This document shows, piece after piece, positions 56,596-64,000 of a stretch of DNA of 64,000 bases. The DNA is taken from positions 2,139-66,138 of the forward strand of contig CASFUZ010000005.1 of NCBI GenBank assembly GCA_949298065.1, read 5' to 3'. This DNA is from an uncultured Pseudomonadota bacterium (GTDB lineage Bacteria > Pseudomonadota > Alphaproteobacteria > RF32 > CAG-239). The position numbers were made by a program, and so were the translations under genes. Position 1 is the first letter of the stretch. Each line of letters starts with the position of its first letter. Below the pieces are notes generated by a model. The model did not search any database. It worked only from the letters and a program-made list of their open reading frames with translations, and had not been told where the DNA came from.

Positions 56596-57321
56596 ATGAA
56601 TAAGAACGCAAACATAGAGCAGTTGTCTTTCAGCTTTGAACACGAACCCTACCTCGGCAAAGAGGATTTTATGGTAGCCTCTTGCAATGCTGAAGCTTTT
56701 TCTTATGTGGAAAGCTGGCCGAATTGGCCGTTTTTTGCCATCTGTTTATATGGACCTGAAGGTTGCGGCAAAACCCATCTGGCTCATATGTTTGCCGACA
56801 ATGTTTCGGTTAAAACCCATTTTCCGTATAAGATACCGCAAGTTAGAGCTTCTGATGTCAAGCCCGAAACTCTGCGCTTGTTTGAACAACATCCCTGCCT
56901 GATTGTTGAGGATTTAAATAACAATCTCAATTATGAAGCAATGTTTCATTTATATAATCAGTATCGGAATGAAAACGGCTTTATTTTGTTTACCTCGGAA
57001 GTTGCTCCGGCAAGGCTGAATATCCCCTTGCCTGATTTACGCTCAAGACTAAATATTATCCCATCAATTGAAATCAAAGAACCCGATGATGAACTTTTGC
57101 AAGCCCTGATTGTCAAACTATTTACAGACAGACAAGTTACCATCTCACAAGAGGTCTTAAATTACATTATTGCCAATATGCAGCGCTCTTATGCCTACGC
57201 GCGCAAACTTGTAGCCGAGATAGATAACATTTCGTTGGCTCGCAAAAGAGCCATAAGCATCCCCATCGTCAAAGAAGCTCTGGCAGTATTAAATGATAAC
57301 CATCAAGGCGAACTTTTTTAA
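56596..57321 (+). CDS. hdaA: DnaA-related regulatory protein HdaA (Hda)
   Basis: 241 aa. AAA+ Walker A LYGPEGCGKTHL. DnaA domain III-like without a DNA-binding domain IV. Typical alpha HdaA size. Confidence 0.6.
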   Translation: MNKNANIEQLSFSFEHEPYLGKEDFMVASCNAEAFSYVESWPNWPFFAICLYGPEGCGKTHLAHMFADNVSVKTHFPYKIPQVRASDVKPETLRLFEQHPCLIVEDLNNNLNYEAMFHLYNQYRNENGFILFTSEVAPARLNIPLPDLRSRLNIIPSIEIKEPDDELLQALIVKLFTDRQVTISQEVLNYIIANMQRSYAYARKLVAEIDNISLARKRAISIPIVKEALAVLNDNHQGELF

Positions 57322-57344
57322 ACAACCACAAAGAAAGATAACTA

Positions 57345-58949
57345 ATGCTCAAAGGACTATTTTCAAAAACCCCTTGGTTTACGCTCTCCGGCACAAAATT
57401 CAATCTGGCATTTTCGGCATTTCTGCTCTTTGCCTACAATCTTCCATTTGCCAAAAAACTCTGGTTTATTGAACCTTCTGCCTTATTCGTGCTTTGTGGT
57501 ATGCTCTGCGCCTTTTCACTGTTTTGTATAAGCACCACAATCTTGTTTAATAAATATTCGGCCAAGCCTCTGGCTGTACTTCTATCAATTATTAACGCTT
57601 TTGTTCTTTATTTCATGAACACTTACAATACCCCCATTGACAAAGTAATGCTTTTAAACGTCATCCAAACAGATGTTTATGAAGTTCAGGATTTGCTCAG
57701 TTTTAGAATGCTGGCTTACTTTTTGTTTTTAGGCTTACTTCCAAGTTACCTAATATTCAAGACCCAAATAAATTACGGAAACATCAAATCAGAATTTATC
57801 AAAGCCCTCAAAATCATTCTTGGCTCGGCGATTCTTTGCGGAATAATTATGCTCGGCGGATATCAAACAACGGATAAAGTTTTTCGCAATCATCGGGATA
57901 TGAAATATTACTTATCTCCCGTAAACTATATCAGCGCAAGCCTGTCCGTTGCCAAAATGCGGCGCAAATCAAACCATCCTTTTGTCGTTGTCGCGCCGGA
58001 TGCCGAGTTAAATAAATACTGGAAAAACAATAAGAAAAACCTTTTCATCTTTGTTGTTGGTGAAACAGCTCGCGCCGCAAACTTCTCCTTAGGCGGCTAT
58101 GAGCGCCCGACAAATGCTCCGCTCAATAAACATTTGTCAGATATTGTTTATTACTCAGATGCCACAGCTTGCGGAACGTCAACTGCCGTTTCCCTGCCCT
58201 GTATGTTTTCCGCTTATGGACGCAAAGATTTCAAAATCGGTTCGGAAGAATATACCGAAAATATGTTGGATATCCTAAGCAAAAGCGGCTACAAAGTCTT
58301 GTGGCGCGAAAATAATACCGGTTGCAAAAACAATTGCGATAGAGTGGAAATTGAAGACTTTTGCACCAAGAAAACCTGCTTTGACGAAATTTTGCTCACC
58401 AACTTTGCCGAAAAAGTACGGCAAAATAACGGAAACACTTTCATTGTCATGCACCAAACCGGAAGCCACGGTCCGGCTTATTTTGAGCACTACCCCAAAG
58501 AAACGGAACAATGGTCGCCTGTCTGCACAACCGAAAACCTAAGCAGTTGCAGTAAAGAAGAATTAATCAATGTCTATGATAATACGGTTTACTATACCAG
58601 CATTTTCTTGAGTAAAATTATGGATGAGTTAAACAAACTCTCAGATGAATATAATGTTGCACTGATTTATGCCTCAGACCACGGAGAATCTTTAGGGGAA
58701 AAAGGTATTTTCTTACACGCCCAACCTTATGATACGGCACCGGATTATCAAAAAGACATTCCGATGCTTATCTGGCTTCCAAACGATTCGGCCAATGCCT
58801 TTGGCATAGATATATCTTGCATGAAAAAAGCGGCAAATGCGCCTCATTCTCATGACAATCTATTCCACTCAGCTCTAGGTCTTGCCGGCATAAAAACCAA
58901 CATCTACAACCCAAACTTAGACATTTTTGCTTCTTGCAAAAAAAATTAA
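57345..58949 (+). CDS. eptA: Phosphoethanolamine transferase (EptA/sulfatase family)
   Basis: 534 aa. Five N-terminal TM helices. Periplasmic sulfatase-like domain with the catalytic Thr motif (FVVGETARAANFSLGGY). Several Cys pairs typical of EptA/MCR-like enzymes. Confidence 0.7.
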   Translation: MLKGLFSKTPWFTLSGTKFNLAFSAFLLFAYNLPFAKKLWFIEPSALFVLCGMLCAFSLFCISTTILFNKYSAKPLAVLLSIINAFVLYFMNTYNTPIDKVMLLNVIQTDVYEVQDLLSFRMLAYFLFLGLLPSYLIFKTQINYGNIKSEFIKALKIILGSAILCGIIMLGGYQTTDKVFRNHRDMKYYLSPVNYISASLSVAKMRRKSNHPFVVVAPDAELNKYWKNNKKNLFIFVVGETARAANFSLGGYERPTNAPLNKHLSDIVYYSDATACGTSTAVSLPCMFSAYGRKDFKIGSEEYTENMLDILSKSGYKVLWRENNTGCKNNCDRVEIEDFCTKKTCFDEILLTNFAEKVRQNNGNTFIVMHQTGSHGPAYFEHYPKETEQWSPVCTTENLSSCSKEELINVYDNTVYYTSIFLSKIMDELNKLSDEYNVALIYASDHGESLGEKGIFLHAQPYDTAPDYQKDIPMLIWLPNDSANAFGIDISCMKKAANAPHSHDNLFHSALGLAGIKTNIYNPNLDIFASCKKN

Positions 58950-59053
58950 CAAGTGCAAATTTTTTATCAAAAAAAACTTGCAAAAATTAACGATTTATTA
59001 TACATACCTACCGGAAAGTATATATAAACATTTAAAAGTAATACAGGGATATT

Positions 59054-59689
59054 ATGCCAAGAAGAACTAAAGAAGAAGCCGAACAAACAAGGCAGGATAT
59101 CTTATATTCTGCATTAGATATATTTTGTGAAAAAGGCTATTCCAAAACCACGTTTGACGAGATAGCCAAGCGCATCAACCTAACCAAAGGGGCTGTGTAC
59201 TGGCATTTTCGCAACAAACCGGACATCATCACCGCACTTATAACAGAAGCGTTTAACCGCACCAACAACGCCATAACCGAAAAGATCCCGGAAGTCAACA
59301 ATCTGGCGGATTTGCGTACACATTTTAAGTGTTTGGCAGAAATTGTGCGAGATGTTCCCAATTATCGCAAGTTTTTATTTTTTATGCTGTTTCAGATGGA
59401 ATGGTCTGAATCTTTGTTTTTACATATCGGTTCCGCTGTCAAAGAGATTCGCGACTTTCCGATAAATACCATCAAACAAGCCCTGACCAATTCACAAAAG
59501 AATGGTGAAATTTCTGAAAACATAAACATCAATGAAACAGCTGTATGCATCTTCAGCCTATGGCAAGGAATGCTTTCTTATGCCATATGCAGAAAATCAT
59601 GGGTTGATTTTCCTAAACTCTTTTTAAACGGATTTGACTTAATAATAAAAGCTCTAAAAGACGAAAGGTCAGACAATGAAACTAGGTAA
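59054..59689 (+). CDS. TetR/AcrR family transcriptional regulator
   Basis: 211 aa. N-terminal HTH ILYSALDIFCEKGYSKTTFDEIAKRINLTKGAVYWHFRNKPDI. Directly upstream of an RND efflux operon with a 14-nt overlap. Confidence 0.8.
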   Translation: MPRRTKEEAEQTRQDILYSALDIFCEKGYSKTTFDEIAKRINLTKGAVYWHFRNKPDIITALITEAFNRTNNAITEKIPEVNNLADLRTHFKCLAEIVRDVPNYRKFLFFMLFQMEWSESLFLHIGSAVKEIRDFPINTIKQALTNSQKNGEISENININETAVCIFSLWQGMLSYAICRKSWVDFPKLFLNGFDLIIKALKDERSDNETR

Positions 59690-60854
59690 AGTAAGTAATA
59701 GAAAAATTCTAAAACAAACTGCAATTTTGCTTTTATGCGTTGGTGCAGGCTGGTTTTTAAAAAGCCGCTTAACCCCTCAAATGCCCATGATGGGAGCCGG
59801 TGGCGGCGACCCATATGTTCTGGTTCAAAAAGTTCAGCAACAAAATATCTCTCCCAAGAGAAGTTATATCGGCCATGTTGAAGCCATTAAGTCTGTTGAC
59901 TTGCGCCCGCAAATAACAGGATATGTAGAAAAAGTCTTGTTTCAGGAAGGTTCTTTAGTCAACGAAGGCGACATTTTGTTTGTCATTGAACAAAAGCGTT
60001 ATATGGCAACCGTTGAACTGCGCGAAGCGGAGTTGGACAGTGCGAAGGCTAATTTGGTCAGAGCCGAGAGAGACTACAAACGTCAAAAATCCTTAAGTAG
60101 TCAAAACTATGCCTCCAAAGCCACTTTGGATACATCTGAGAGCAACTACCTGCAGGCCAAAGCCGCCGTTGCTCAAGCTGAAGCAAATCTGGAACTGGCC
60201 AAAATTGATATGGGTTATACCGAGATTAAAGCTCCGATAACCGGCTATATCGGTAAAGCTTTGGTAACGGAAGGTAACTATGTTAACTCCACAACCCAAA
60301 ACTTGGCACGTATTGTACAAGTAGACCCGATTCGTGTTGCCTTTTCCGTTGCCGATAAGGATTTCTTGAATATGCGTGAACAACGCATGTCTCAAGGCAG
60401 CGATTCTATTAAAACAGAGATTGTTTTACCAAACGGCAAAGTCTTGGTTAATCACCTAAAATCTCGTTTTAATGACAACGAAATCAACTCAGACACAGCC
60501 ACCATCGCGGTCTATGCTGAATACAACAACAAAGACAATCTGTTAATCCCCGGCAACTATGTAGACATTCGTTTGGGTAATAAAGAAGATAAAATGGCTA
60601 TTCTGGTACCGCAAGCCTCAGTTGCTCAAGACAAACATGGTAACTATGTTATGGTTGTGGGTAACGACAACATTGCCTATGAAAGACGCGTTGTTATGGG
60701 AGACACCCTGGAAGATAAGCAAATTGTGTTAGATGGCTTAAAAGCCGATGAACGTGTCATCATCCAAGGCCTGCAAAAAGTAAGCAATGGCCAAAAAGTT
60801 CAAGTTGGTGAGATTGCCAACAATTCAGAAAAAGTTACTGTGGAGGGCAAATAA
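59676..60854 (+). CDS. RND efflux membrane fusion (periplasmic adaptor) protein
   Basis: 392 aa. Signal/anchor, coiled-coil hairpin, lipoyl and beta-barrel domains typical of the AcrA/MexA family. Confidence 0.8.
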   Translation: MKLGKVSNRKILKQTAILLLCVGAGWFLKSRLTPQMPMMGAGGGDPYVLVQKVQQQNISPKRSYIGHVEAIKSVDLRPQITGYVEKVLFQEGSLVNEGDILFVIEQKRYMATVELREAELDSAKANLVRAERDYKRQKSLSSQNYASKATLDTSESNYLQAKAAVAQAEANLELAKIDMGYTEIKAPITGYIGKALVTEGNYVNSTTQNLARIVQVDPIRVAFSVADKDFLNMREQRMSQGSDSIKTEIVLPNGKVLVNHLKSRFNDNEINSDTATIAVYAEYNNKDNLLIPGNYVDIRLGNKEDKMAILVPQASVAQDKHGNYVMVVGNDNIAYERRVVMGDTLEDKQIVLDGLKADERVIIQGLQKVSNGQKVQVGEIANNSEKVTVEGK

Positions 60855-60857
60855 ACA

Positions 60858-63800
60858 ATGTTTTCCCGTATTTTCATTGAGCGCCCGCGCTTTGCGATGG
60901 TTATCTCCATCGTATTAACTCTTGCGGGTATCATTTCGGTATTTTCTTTGCCGATTGCCTTGTATCCGGAAATCACACCTCCGGAAATCGTTGTTTCCGC
61001 TTCCTATCCGGGAGCCAGCGCAGAGGTTATTGCCAAAACCGTCGGTATTCCGTTGGAAGAAGAAATCAACGGTGTTGAAGACATGTTATACATGAGCTCA
61101 TCTTCAGAAAACTCATCATACCAATTAACCGTAACCTTCAAAGTCGGCGTTGACCGAGATATGGCGCAAGTTAAGGTACAAAACCGTATCCAACAAGCCC
61201 AATCCAAACTCCCGTCAGACGTTACTAGACAGGGTCTAACGGTTAAGAGCCGTTCTTCAAACATCTTAGGCTTCATCAGCTTGCTCTCACCGAACAACAC
61301 TTATTCGCAACTAGAGTTGGCTGACTATGTTCAAAACAACATCAAAGATAGCCTAAGCCGTGTATCCGGTGTTGGTGAAGTAAACGTTTACTCTTCAAAG
61401 TTAAGTATGCGTGTATGGTTGGATGCAGACAAAATTACGGCATTAAACATTCCGGTAGATACCATTAAAGCTGCCATTGAAGGTCAAAACTACCAACCTT
61501 CCTTGGGTAGCATTGGCGGCATCCCCGGAGACGGCACCCAACAAATGGTTTACACCTTGCAAACTCAAGGACGTATTAATGAAGTTGAAGACTTCAAAAA
61601 CATCATTGTCCGCACAGCTGAACAAGGTGGTTTGGTTTACCTTAAAGATATTGCTCGCGTAGAAATCGGAGAAGAAAACTACCATGCGACATCAAAATTC
61701 AACGGCGCACCGAACGTCGCCATCGCCATCAACCAGTTGGCGGGAGCAAACGCTCTTGATGCCATGGCCGGCGTAAAAGCCGAAATGGAACGTTTGGCTC
61801 AACGTTTTCCTGAAGACATCATCTACACCATTGGTTATGACTCTACAGGCTACATTAAAGCATCCATTGAAGAAGTTGTTTTCACTTTGATTTTGACTTT
61901 TGCATTGGTTATTTTGGTCTGCTACGTTTTCTTGCAAGACTGGCGTTCAACCTTGATTCCGACCCTAACCATTCCAGTCTCTCTGTTTGCCACCTTTGCC
62001 GTTATGTTGGCTTTAGGCTACAGCTTAAACATGATGACCTTGTTTGGTTTGGTCTTGGCCATTGGTTTGGTTGTGGACGACGCTATCGTGGTTGTAGAAC
62101 GTGTTCTGTTCTTAATGGAAAACGAAAAACTCACCCCGAAAGAAGCGACCATCAAAGCTATGGAACAAGTATCAAGTGCGGTTATTGCCACGACCTTGGT
62201 GTTGTTAGCTATCTTTGTACCGGTTGGTTTCTTGGGCGGTATTACCGGACAAATTTACAAACAATTCGCGATTGCGATTTCAACTTCGGTAACCTTCTCT
62301 TCTATCAATGCTTTGACCTTATCTCCGGCTTTGTGCGCAACCTTGCTGAAACCACTCAAACCGGCACAATCAGGTCCGCTGTTTTGGTTTAACCGCATCG
62401 TTAATCGCACCCGCGATCGTTATGCTTCCGTTGTTGGTTTATTAGGACGCAAAGTCAGCGTTATCTTCCTTCTGATGATAATGTTATTTGCCGGTGTAGG
62501 CGGATTCTTACATATCAGCCAAACATCATTCATTCCGTCCGAAGACCAAGGCGTTATCTTCATGAACATTCAGTTGCCTGAGGGTGCAACCCGTAACCGC
62601 ACACAAGAATTTGTTGATAAGATTTACCCCTTGGTTAAAGAAGAACCCGGCGTAGACAATGTAATGAACGTTGTTGGCGCCAGTATGATTGGCGGTTCCG
62701 GCGAAAACGTCGCCATGGGTATTATTACTTTACACCCCTGGAACGAACGTAAAGGAGATGAACTCTATTCATCAAACATCCTAAACCGCATTCGCGCCAA
62801 AGTTACAGGTCTGCCGGAAGCAGAAATTCAATTATTTGAACCGCCTGCAATTATGGGCTTAGGTATGAGTGGTGGTATGGATTATCGTCTGCAAGCCTTA
62901 AACTCTGACGACCCGCAACAACTTGAGGCCGTTTTAAGGAGCTTTTTGGCAAAAATTAATCAAAACCCCAATATCTCATATGCCTATACAACTTATACGG
63001 CTCAAACCCCGAACTACTATATTACGATTGATAAAGAAAAAGCTGAGGCTATGAAAGTAAGTATCGGTAGCATTTATAGTGTTCTGCAAAACTACTTGGG
63101 TTCAAGCTATGTTAACGACGTTAACTTCGGCACACAAGTAAACAAGGTTATGATTCAGGCTGACTGGAAATTCCGTAAGGATTTGGAAAGCTTGAAAAAA
63201 CTGCATGTTCAAAACCAAAACGGCGAGATGGTTCCGCTGGAATCAGTTATCTCAATGAAAAAAGTTTTGGCTCCGCGTGTTGTAACTCGTTATAACCAAT
63301 ATCCGAGTGCTTCAATCACAGCCGTACAAAACCAAGCCTCCAGTACAGGTCAGGCTATGGGCGCAATGGAAGAAATGTCCGCAAGCCTGCCCAATGGTTT
63401 CAGCTATGACTGGTCCGGCATGAGCTATCAGGAAAAATCCAGCAGCGGACAAATCGGCTACTTAATTGTGCTGGCGATGACCTTTGCTTACCTGTTCTTG
63501 GTTGCTCAATATGAGAGCTGGTCAACACCTCTGCCGGTTTTAACCTCTGTATCCGTGGCTATGCTTGGTGCTTTGGCTGGTCTGTTCATCACAGGTCTCC
63601 CGCTGAGTATTTACGCTCAGTTAGGTCTGATTTTGTTGGTAGGTTTGGCAGCCAAGAACGCTATTTTGATTGTTGAGTTCTCCAAAGAAGAAAGAGAAAA
63701 AGGCTCTTCAATCATCAAAGCGGCAACAACTGGTACCAAAGAACGTTTCCGCGCGGTCTTAATGACGGCCTTCACCTTCATCTTAGGCGTTTTGCCGATG

Positions 63801-63971
63801 ATTGTGGCCACAGGTGCCGGCGCGGCCAGCCGAATTGCCATCGGTGTTCCGGTATTTTACGGAATGTTGCTTGGTACGGCAGCCGGTCTGATTATCATTC
63901 CTCTGTTGTACATTCTCTTCCAAACATGGCGAGAAAATACATACAACTGGAAGAACAAAAAAGCCGAATAA
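60858..63971 (+). CDS. RND multidrug efflux transporter (AcrB/MexB family)
   Basis: 1037 aa. 12-TM HAE1-type architecture. [25 protein letters not shown]-terminus. Conserved TM4 D-D pair region ([12 protein letters not shown]). Confidence 0.9.
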   Translation: MFSRIFIERPRFAMVISIVLTLAGIISVFSLPIALYPEITPPEIVVSASYPGASAEVIAKTVGIPLEEEINGVEDMLYMSSSSENSSYQLTVTFKVGVDRDMAQVKVQNRIQQAQSKLPSDVTRQGLTVKSRSSNILGFISLLSPNNTYSQLELADYVQNNIKDSLSRVSGVGEVNVYSSKLSMRVWLDADKITALNIPVDTIKAAIEGQNYQPSLGSIGGIPGDGTQQMVYTLQTQGRINEVEDFKNIIVRTAEQGGLVYLKDIARVEIGEENYHATSKFNGAPNVAIAINQLAGANALDAMAGVKAEMERLAQRFPEDIIYTIGYDSTGYIKASIEEVVFTLILTFALVILVCYVFLQDWRSTLIPTLTIPVSLFATFAVMLALGYSLNMMTLFGLVLAIGLVVDDAIVVVERVLFLMENEKLTPKEATIKAMEQVSSAVIATTLVLLAIFVPVGFLGGITGQIYKQFAIAISTSVTFSSINALTLSPALCATLLKPLKPAQSGPLFWFNRIVNRTRDRYASVVGLLGRKVSVIFLLMIMLFAGVGGFLHISQTSFIPSEDQGVIFMNIQLPEGATRNRTQEFVDKIYPLVKEEPGVDNVMNVVGASMIGGSGENVAMGIITLHPWNERKGDELYSSNILNRIRAKVTGLPEAEIQLFEPPAIMGLGMSGGMDYRLQALNSDDPQQLEAVLRSFLAKINQNPNISYAYTTYTAQTPNYYITIDKEKAEAMKVSIGSIYSVLQNYLGSSYVNDVNFGTQVNKVMIQADWKFRKDLESLKKLHVQNQNGEMVPLESVISMKKVLAPRVVTRYNQYPSASITAVQNQASSTGQAMGAMEEMSASLPNGFSYDWSGMSYQEKSSSGQIGYLIVLAMTFAYLFLVAQYESWSTPLPVLTSVSVAMLGALAGLFITGLPLSIYAQLGLILLVGLAAKNAILIVEFSKEEREKGSSIIKAATTGTKERFRAVLMTAFTFILGVLPMIVATGAGAASRIAIGVPVFYGMLLGTAAGLIIIPLLYILFQTWRENTYNWKNKKAE

Positions 63972-63979
63972 CAACAAAA

Positions 63980-64000
63980 AATTCCCTCTTGAAGAGGGAA
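63980..64000 (+). terminator. Probable terminator hairpin after the RND pump gene (cut by window end)
   Basis: ttccctcttgaagagggaa inverted repeat preceded by an A-run. The T-run is not visible because the window ends. Confidence 0.4.

Overview
This 64 kb window is a low-GC chromosomal segment from what is almost certainly an alphaproteobacterium. It carries alpha-specific cell-cycle genes (gcrA, cckA, hdaA, mipZ, a CcrM-family methyltransferase) and conserved alpha gene neighbourhoods: lepB-acpS-spoT-rpoZ, rluD-rpoH and fliQ-fliR-flhB. Housekeeping content includes murC and murD, motA and motB, a 1188-aa pyruvate:ferredoxin oxidoreductase, aminopeptidases, tsaC/sua5, a DD-carboxypeptidase, phosphoglucomutase, a PEtN transferase and a TetR plus RND efflux operon. 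Two accessory-looking segments sit next to tRNA genes whose 3' ends and terminators are tandemly duplicated, resembling integration-site (att) scars. (1) tRNA-Gly(CCC) is followed by a duplicated 3'-end block, a class-III Fic toxin, a SAM methyltransferase and a C-terminally truncated CcrM-family DNA methyltransferase. (2) Upstream of tRNA-His lies a block of about 11 kb that contains a stand-alone VirD4/TraG-type type IV coupling protein. It is preceded by two paralogous membrane proteins and two uncharacterised proteins with positively charged C-termini, and followed by a short HNH-like toxin, a SUKH-like immunity protein, an ArsR regulator, a P1B-ATPase and an HMA protein. A second, homologous HNH-like toxin/SUKH-like immunity pair (623 aa plus 136 aa) lies 15 kb away. 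Nearby are a membrane-anchored eukaryotic-like protein-kinase-fold protein with a degenerate catalytic loop and a GGDEF-domain protein lacking the GGDEF motif. No CRISPR, integrase, transposase, relaxase or VirB genes were recognised. The most interesting candidate system is the coupling-protein-linked toxin/immunity and putative effector locus.
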